Assembly (NCBI RefSeq): GCF_009914755.1
Contig: NC_060928.1
Length of the DNA: 64,000 nucleotides
Reading direction: 5' to 3' (one strand)
Origin: the human T2T-CHM13v2.0 reference genome, Homo sapiens
Positions 55,720-64,000 of this stretch are shown piece after piece. Both the position numbers and the translations under genes were made by a program. A model generated the notes under the pieces. It had not been told where the DNA came from. It made no database searches and saw only the letters and a list, made by a program, of their open reading frames with translations. Position 1 is the stretch's first letter. Each line of letters opens with the position of its first letter.

Positions 55720-57000
55720 CTTCTTTCCCAGGTGTGTTAGAATCTGTGTGGAGTAATCTGTTTATAATTACTGCCTAGGAGGTCTCATTCAGTTTCACAA
55801 GTTTAAATACACCTTTAGTTCTTGCCTCTCAGGTTCATATCTCCTGCTCAGATATCACCCAGTCTCCATTATTATGTATTCAATTGTTTAAACAACAACT
55901 CCACCTGATATTTTAATAAGCAAATAACATAATATATCCATAGATTAACTTCTCATATTTCCTCCCAAACTTTCTCTGGCTGTTCCCTTTTGATTTTCAG
56001 TAAATTGAAAGTTCATGATTTCTTTTTTTTTATTTTTTATTTTCTCAGGGCAACAAACACAAAGCAAACAAATAAAAAAAAGGAAACAGCAAGAACAACA
56101 GAAAGAAAAAAGTTGAATTCTTCAAACTACCTAATTTTGATTTTTCTATATCCAACCCAACCTTGTTAATTTTATCTTAAAATATCTTCAATCTATGAAC
56201 TCTTATAACCACCATCACCATCTGTCACAGAGATTGTTGGAATTGCTTTCAAAAATCTCTATGTGACTTCTCATCTTTTCCCCAATAAAGGTCTCAATTT
56301 CAACAAAGAGATGTTTTAATGCAAAGCTTTACTTAAGCATGATGAATAAATCCTGAAAATCTAATGTAGAGCATGGTGGCTATAGTTAATAACAGTAAAT
56401 TATATACTTGGAATTTACTAAGAGTAGACCTTAAATGTTCTCACCACACACACAGAAAAAGGTAACTGTGTGAGGTGGCAGACATGTCAATTAGTTTGAT
56501 TGTGGTAACCAGTTCAAAATACATACATGTATAAAAACATGATGTTGTACACCTTAAATATATATATTTATATTTGTCTTTTTTTGGTTAAATATACCTC
56601 AATAAAGGTGGAGGAAAATTAAAAAAGAATAAAAATTAGGTCCAGATACCCTCTGTTCAAAACCCATATTAATTTCTAATTTTACTCCAAATAAAATTCG
56701 AAGGTCTTATAATCACTGACAAAGCCCTGCATAATCTGGCCCCTGTTTTCATTTGACTCACCTCTGACTAGTTTCTTCTTGCTCACACCTCTTAATTGAA
56801 CTGGCTTCTTTCTCATTGTTGAACACTTACCTGAGTCAATGCCCTTGAATTGGCTATTCATATTCACAGAATTATCCCTTCACATGTTGCTTCAAATAGT
56901 GAGACCTTTTCTGAACAATCACTGTTAAAATAATAATGTATCCACTTCCCAATTCAGCAAATCATATTCTCCTTCTTTATTACCTCCCTAATTGATAATA
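55720..57000 (+). mobile_element. L2 remnant interrupted by an L1MA fragment
   Basis: ggtctcattcagtttcacaagtttaaatacacc...ctccacctgatatttt...; aaagccctgcataatctggcccctg. Confidence 0.6.
56340..56635 (+). mobile_element. L1MA9/10-like 3' end fragment
   Basis: gatgaataaatcctgaaaatctaatgtagagcatggtggctatagttaataac...gagtagaccttaaatgttctcacc...tacctcaataaag, A-rich tail. Confidence 0.85.
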
Positions 57001-57049
57001 TCAAGGTGCCAAGAAATAGTTAAGGATAAAATACAAGATACTGACAAAG

Positions 57050-58178
57050 AAAAAAAAATGCAGCTTATGAAAGCAAATGGCAACAAGTAAACGAAAATTC
57101 ATTAAGACTTTAAGGAAGTTCCACTGCCACTGCAACCACCTGCCTGAATTAAAATCGTTCATGACCCTGAGACAGATAACTTTGGGCTCGCTGGATTTTA
57201 ATGTAGAAACTATGATAAGCAACACACATGTATCCCAAGTTGGAAATATCCCCAAATCCCTAATTCAGATGTTACCAAATGGAAAATGATAGCCACTCTA
57301 AAGGAAGAACTCGGACTGATGCTGTGCAATAAGCAAGAAGCAGTGTCAGTGCCAAAGAATATTCCCCACTCCCAGGATAGGAGACCTCAAAATGTATATT
57401 AAACAGAATTTTACCATTACTAGAAATCCATGTTTATTTTTTGTCTTCTATTCTTTGCTCTTCTGAAATAGGGTTTTTATTGCTGTTATTTTTTGCCCAT
57501 GCTTCTTTATTAATAGTATTTCATTATGACAACTCATATTTTAAGTCCATAGATCTATGACCAAGAGAACCACAATTTGAAATCATGTATTGTGTATTAT
57601 CACTAGTTAAAGACAATTAGAAAAGCAAACAAATGTGATTCATGTACAGATCCTGAACCACAGATTCAAGGCTCAATGTCCAAAATGGACAGGACTTTGA
57701 GTTGTCTCTCTGAAAATATTATATGTGTATTTTGCATCAGAAAATAATAATAAATTAAATATTTGGTGACTAGAGTGGTAGTTTCCAATAGTCATTGTAA
57801 CTATTAAAAATGTGATTCTATTCTTTTCCCAGAAAAAGTAAAATTTTACATTTTGATCAAATTTAAACTTGGACATACTAGCATAAATCAATGAAATATG
57901 AACTAAATTAATATATGTCACTCCTACATAGAAACTTTAATATTAAATAGCTAAACAGAATTCTCAACACTGTCTTCCCCTTGATGAGGTGATTGCGGAA
58001 GCAAATAATAAATGATTTCCTAATGATTACCTAAGTGGCTAGAATGAGCAGCGCTCTTCAGAAGAGCCAAGCTGAATGTCTAGCTACGACCAGAAATAAA
58101 CTGGTGTTGCATTAAGCCACTGGCATTTGGAATTTGGCTAGCAGTATCAATATAGCCTATCCTATTTTGACTGATACA
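57050..58178 (+). mobile_element. Old MaLR (MLT1I/J-like) internal remnant plus LTR 3' end
   Basis: ggactttgagttgtc...gtgtattttgcat; LTR end agaaataaactggtgttgcattaagccactg...gactgataca. Confidence 0.5.
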
Positions 58179-59452
58179 CTAATATATCATGATAGATGCT
58201 CATTTATTTTGTTTATTTGCTGTCTAAGCCTAAGAATGTATATTTCATGAAGTAATCGATATTTATCTATAGATTTGGGAGAAGTTACATTAAATTGCTT
58301 CTGTTTGAACAGTAAAAATAAACGGATCTTTACTAAAGGGGTCCAATCAAACTTGGTAGTTGCATGAATTAATGAATAAAATGAAGAAATAAATATGTAC
58401 CCTCATTCCTGATAGTGCAAAATATCTATGTTAGTCATACAAAGGTGAGAGTATAAAAATGTTTGAAAATGATAAAACTAAATATTGGAAGACAATATAA
58501 ACATATGATTTTGTGCTTAAATAGTCCACTTTTATTTTAAGCTTGTGATTTAAACATAGGCTATCAAAATTTGTGTTTGCTAGGGTTATTTCTCAAAATA
58601 AAATAAATTTAGATTTTTTTGGCAAATAATGATCTAGTAACATAAATACATTCACCTAATTCATTTCTTAAGGCTCATAACATCATTCATTTTCTCTGAG
58701 GGACAGAGTGGTTTTTATTAATGGAGCAACATCTGTTCTTTCAGAAGTAAATGAGTTCCCTGAAGGACAATTAATAAAAAATACTGCCAATAAACACAGC
58801 TGGTAAATTGTTAATAAAAACACAACAAATTAAGGAGAAAATAACTGTGGATTCAATAAGTATGAAGAGAGTAAAATATATAAATAAATAATTTTGTTAT
58901 GAAGTCAATTAAACTGGAGTTTTAAATTCTTAACATACATGTAATTTACTTCTCACTAGTAGCACTTTGATTATTGAAACCAGAAATATTCAGTATCATT
59001 ATATAATTGCACAATGTAAATTGTTGGATTCAATAAACTAAATATAGATGGAGTGTAAAACTGCTATATTAAAAATGATGTTTTACTGCATATGAAGTAG
59101 CATAGAGAATGATTAACCAACCAGACAAAAACCACTTACCAAATTTATCTATCTCTTTGTTTACTTATTTGCTCTCTATCAATCCATATGAACAATTATG
59201 AACATTGGAAGAGAAAAATGAATGTTACTATATTATGTTTGAAAGGCCTTAACTGTTAGGCTAAAATATTAGAACTAATATGCTAGCCTACTAAAGTAAA
59301 GAAAGTAAAACAATTATGAAAGTGCTAGAGGAAAATTATTTGCAGCACTATATAGGAAAAACTTGATAAAGTGGAAGTGTAGAAAGAACTGAGACCAAGT
59401 GTTTTACTGAACTTGAAATTTTACTTTTAGCATTATTACAGTAACTTTACAG

Positions 59453-59600
59453 CAGTGTTTTTTAACCTCAGCACACTTAACATCTAGACCAGATAATTAT
59501 TTATGTGCCAAAAAAGGTATCTCTTGTACATCGTCAAATGTTCCCTGAAGGCATTGGGTGAGGGAGGTCCGTGCAAAATCGTCCATAGTTTCAAACACTG
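59453..59600 (-). mobile_element. MER20 (hAT-Charlie MITE), internally deleted
   Basis: cagtgttttttaacctcagcac...gataatt...caaatgttccctg...gcaaaatc...gtttcaaacactg; TIRs CAGTG...CACTG. Confidence 0.75.
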
Positions 59601-60199
59601 TATTAAAGTGAAAAATTCTTTGATATATGTACTAATACAATTTCAAGATTCCAATTTTCAAGGACATACATCTAAGGAGGAAAAGCCTCCTTTCAACCCA
59701 TGTTTTCACTCATAATATATCTTTAATGCTACTGCTTCTTGCTTCTAAAAATTTCACACTAGAGTAAATTTATTCTCTTGTGTTCCCATGTTAATTTGTT
59801 TTGTTTGGTGCAGAAATTCATTGTAAGTCTTACATTTAGTTATTTATATGCCAACTTTTGAAAGATAAGGCTTTTGTTATGTTCATCTGCTTCACAGTAG
59901 TACTTATCACAGTGTCTGGATATAATAAGCAACAAATATACACAATTGCTGCACTGAAAAATCATAGAAATTTATAAAAATGGAAGATCATGTTTTCTAT
60001 TTTGTCCCATTGATAAGTTCACTGATGGTCAGATAAGTTGAGTAATTTTTCTGATTATGCATACCTGGTTGCTGAGACAACAATATATAGGGCAATGTCT
60101 CTACTTGCATTTCAAAACAGAAATGTCTTACTCGATTCTTCTGTCGTTTTTCATCCTTCTCTTTCAAATAAGAATGTTGTGTTTGTTTCCTAAGCATAT

Positions 60200-61010
60200 A
60201 TGAAATCCATCTATCCATTTCTCCTAATTATCAAAGACAGTATTATCCTCTCCCACCCAGATTACTGTTGGCACATCTTGGTGGGAGTTCTTGCCTCCAG
60301 ATTTTTTTTCTTTGCTCCTTGTTGCATCTAATTGGTCATTGACTTTCTTGAAATCCTTTATGGGCTTTCATCGACTCTAGGATAAAGTGAAAACTCTTTT
60401 ATGTAACTTATAATGAACGAATTTATTTGTCTGTCTGTACAGTTCACATTTGCCATTTCCCATCTGACATTCTATGTTTGATTTTTTTAAATCTTATTTT
60501 TTGTGTCTTCAGGATTACATATAACCAATACCTTCTTCTTGAACTACCTACACCCTTTCTGACCACGGCTTCTTCTAGACAACTCCTGTTCACTTCATGT
60601 CCTCAACATAGACACCGGTTTCTGAAGAAAGCTTTCCCTGACAGACTCCTACCAGGCCAGCTGGCATTGCTCTCTATTTCATGTTTTATAACACTTGACA
60701 TGCTGTGAAATTTATTGTTTGTCAATCTCTTTGCACCATAAACTCAGAGGGCAGAGCCTATGTCTTTTATACAGTCTCCCAGCACGGCTCAATTTTATTT
60801 GACTTCTAAATAAATAACATTTACTGATAGCAATAAACAATCACTTGCCATTTGCCACACACTAGGCTAAGTGATTTTCATTCATTTTCTCACAAAGAAA
60901 TTAATGTTTAAAAAGCATAAGTAACTTTTCCAAGACACAGAATTAGTAAGTGGGAAAGGATAAACATAAACAAAGGATCACTGGTCCATCCTTCATGCAT
61001 CTTATCACTA
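60200..61010. mobile_element. L2 remnant (+, to about 60830) followed by MIR (-, 60830-61010)
   Basis: aaactcagagggcagagcctatgtc...ccagcac; aagtaacttttccaagacacagaattagtaagtgg. Confidence 0.55.
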
Positions 61011-61323
61011 TAACAGTTCTGAAATAACTATAAACCCAGGAAGGAATTTATTTTCATTTGAATAAAATTCTTTTGAAGTTGTTTTTCCCTGACAAGAGCT
61101 TTAATTTCTTCTAAATAGTACTTTTATAAACTATCCAATTTCATCATTTTACCACTCTATTCAATAAATATAATCAAGTGATACTGATGTTTTTTGTCTT
61201 CCATCTTTTGACATGTAATTTTTACCAAATAGTAAACTATATTTCCCTCCATTTCTGTTAATATAGCACTAAAAAGAATAATTTTCTATGTTTATTATAT
61301 CCTCTGAATAAATATATTCTTGA

Positions 61324-61622
<299 letters not shown>

Positions 61623-61845
61623 TGAAATGTTTTTCTAGTACCATTCTTCTGGTTCAAATCACAAATTTATAAAATGCAAATCAAATTATTGACTTCCTAC
61701 CATTTTCTGTGTATAGTCAAAGTGACATCATTAAATTTTCTAAATACAGACAAAATTTGAACTCACACAGATCATTGTCTTATGTTATTAGCATTTTATT
61801 TTTAAGACTCTACCATTTTATTGATATATACTTCTTTAGCAAATC

Positions 61846-62288
61846 TGAAACCAGCCTAATTTCTTCACAGAACTAGTATTTACTGGTTTTTTATACACAT
61901 AGAAATTAGCCCTCCTAGTCTTAAAATTTGAAACTTAACGTTTGTCTTATCTGAATTCTTTCACAGAAAGCCAAGCCTCAGGCAAGAGACTGAAAATTAC
62001 TAGATCACCACATCCAGACAATGAAATCCCAGAACTCTCATTCCTTATGATTCCTTCCTTACCTCTCCCCAATTCCTATTTTCCTTCATTTAGTTATATT
62101 TCTTCCCAGCTATATAAACCCTCATTTTTAGCTGGGACAACAGAGCATTTTGTGACTTATCTCCCTTTCTCTTCAGCTTCAGCACCTGAATAAAGACTTC
62201 TTCCATGGCAATATTGGTTGTCTAAATGATTGGCCTTCTGTGTGGTGAGCAAGGGGTCCAAACTGACCCTCTGGCATTTTGTTTAACA
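61846..62288 (+). mobile_element. Solo LTR, LTR47-like
   Basis: tgaaaccagcctaatt...catagaaattagccctcctagtcttaaaa...; TG...CA ends, TATA box tatataaa at 62111, AATAAA at 62189, approximate TSD aatc/gatc. Confidence 0.75.
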
Positions 62289-63087
62289 GATCTGTTCCTT
62301 TAGATTGTCTCTTTATCTAAAAGTCTTGAAATTTGCTTTTCAAACTCTCAATTACAAACATCTCTGCCCTCATCATTCTCTTTCTTGAGCAAAGTACTCA
62401 CTTGCTCACTTTCTCAAAAGTTCTTAACACAGGCATGCCCCAAACAATTGGCCTTTTTTGGTCAGAAGTTACCAAGAGTGACCATATCATTTGGAATATG
62501 TGACTTCTTGAATTCCCACATCTTCTTTACATCATTTTTTGTGACTTTCAATTTTAATCACCAAAGAACCAGATGACAACTAGGATCACATTGGCATTTT
62601 TATATTAAGATTTCAAGAGGTTTTTATGTACAACTTTTATCATACAACTTCATGCATAGAAGTAGAATACCTATTGCTCTCATGTTTCTATATTTTTATC
62701 TTTTTCTTCAAATTTGGAAGTGTTTTTATATGGATTTTTGCATTTATGCATTTAGCATATAATTTGTCATCAAAGATATTTCTTTTTTTCACTAATCTAG
62801 AAAATTACTTTAATGCACATATTAACATAAAGCCAGTTAAGCAATATAAGCATATTTCAGCAATTAAAAATAAATCTGTGAATTTCTCCTTTTTGATATA
62901 ATAATAATACATAAGTTTTTTATAGTAAAATCATAATTATGACTTCATTATTGTTATACCAGTAAAATGAAGTTTTAATTAATAAAAAATTGAAAATGGG
63001 AAAAACAAATCACTTATTCTAGGCTTACTTTAGTCTTCATTGAGAAAAATTAAGTGTTTGTATAAAAATACATCTTTATCTTTGTTT

Positions 63088-63169
63088 TTGGAGCAAGAAG
63101 GACTCTCATTTATTGGTAGCGGGAATGCAACATGGTACAAACACTTTGGAAGATAGTTTAGCAGTTTCT
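63088..63169 (+). mobile_element. Old L1M ORF2-end fragment (target of the L1PB insertion)
   Basis: ggagcaagaaggactctcatttattggtagcgggaatgcaacatggtaca...ttggaagatagtttagcagtttctt. Confidence 0.7.
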
Positions 63170-64000
63170 TTTATTTATTTATTTCATTTATATATTTTTT
63201 CCTGTACATGAATAAGTTCTTTAGTGGAGATTTTTAAAATTTGGTACACCCATCATCTGAGCAGTGTACACAGTACCCCATGTGTAGTGTTTTATTCCTC
63301 ACCCCACCCCTTTTCCCCTGAGTTCCCAAAGTTCTTTGTATCGTTCTTATGCCTTTGTATCTTCACAGTTTAGCTACCACTTATGAGTGAGAACATACGA
63401 TGCTTGATTTCTAATCCTAAGTTACTTCACTTAGAATAATGGTCTCCAATTTCATCCTGGCTGCTGCAAATGCCATTATTTTGTTCCTTTTTATGGCTGA
63501 GTAATATTCCATTAGATATATATCTATATATATATATATATCTCACATTTTCTATATGTACTTGTTGATTGATGGGCATTTGGACTGGTTCCTTATCTTT
63601 GCACTTGAGAAATGAGATAGCAACACTATAATACTGGGGGACTTCAATACTTTACTGAAAGTACTAGACAGGTCATCAAGACAGAAAGTCCAAAAGTGGG
63701 CTAATGACATGAATAGAAAATTCAAAAAGAAGATATACAAATGGCCAACAAATATATGAAAAATTCTCAACATCACTACTGATCAGGGAAATGCAAATCA
63801 AAACCACAATGCAATACCTCCTTACTCCTGCAAGAATGACCATAATAAAAAATAAATAGATGTCGGTGTGGATGTGGTGAAAAGAAAACACTTTTACACT
63901 GTTGGTGGGAATGTAAACTAGCAAAACAACTGTGGAAAACAGTGTGGAGATTCCTTAAAGAAGTAAAAGTAGATCTACCATTTGATCCAGCAATCTCACT
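63170..64000 (-). mobile_element. L1PB(1)-like element with 5' inversion (minus 63170-63603; plus-strand inverted part from 63604 to window end)
   Basis: 3'UTR tacatgaataagttctttagtgg...cacccatcatctgagcagtgtacac; strand switch after tatctttgca to sense ORF2 sequence. Confidence 0.88.

Overview
Primate (human-like or other catarrhine; species cannot be fixed from sequence) AT-rich, CpG-poor non-coding DNA made up largely of transposable-element fossils. There are about 10 Alus (J, S and Y types, most with readable target-site duplications, TSDs) and one near-full-length decayed L1PA13-like LINE-1 (~37.85-44.35 kb, minus strand) nested in an older L1M. The rest includes several truncated L1PA/L1PB/L1M pieces, many L2/MIR remnants, solo LTRs (MLT1A, MSTB, MER9/HERV-K HML-3, LTR47-like, LTR33/LTR16-like), ERVL internal remnants, MER20 and microsatellites. 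No host protein-coding exon, RNA gene or CRISPR array can be supported. The supplied ORFs are Alu- or L1-derived or chance frames. I found no evidence of a novel gene system. The most unusual signal is a recurring set of locally templated insertions: two 190-250 bp copies of downstream DNA sit inside (TA)n tracts, and there are several snap-back palindromes. These look like fossil double-strand-break repair scars. A 5'-inverted L1PB with a large internal deletion lies at the window end. Subfamily names come from recalled consensus motifs, not a database run, and boundaries of old elements are approximate.
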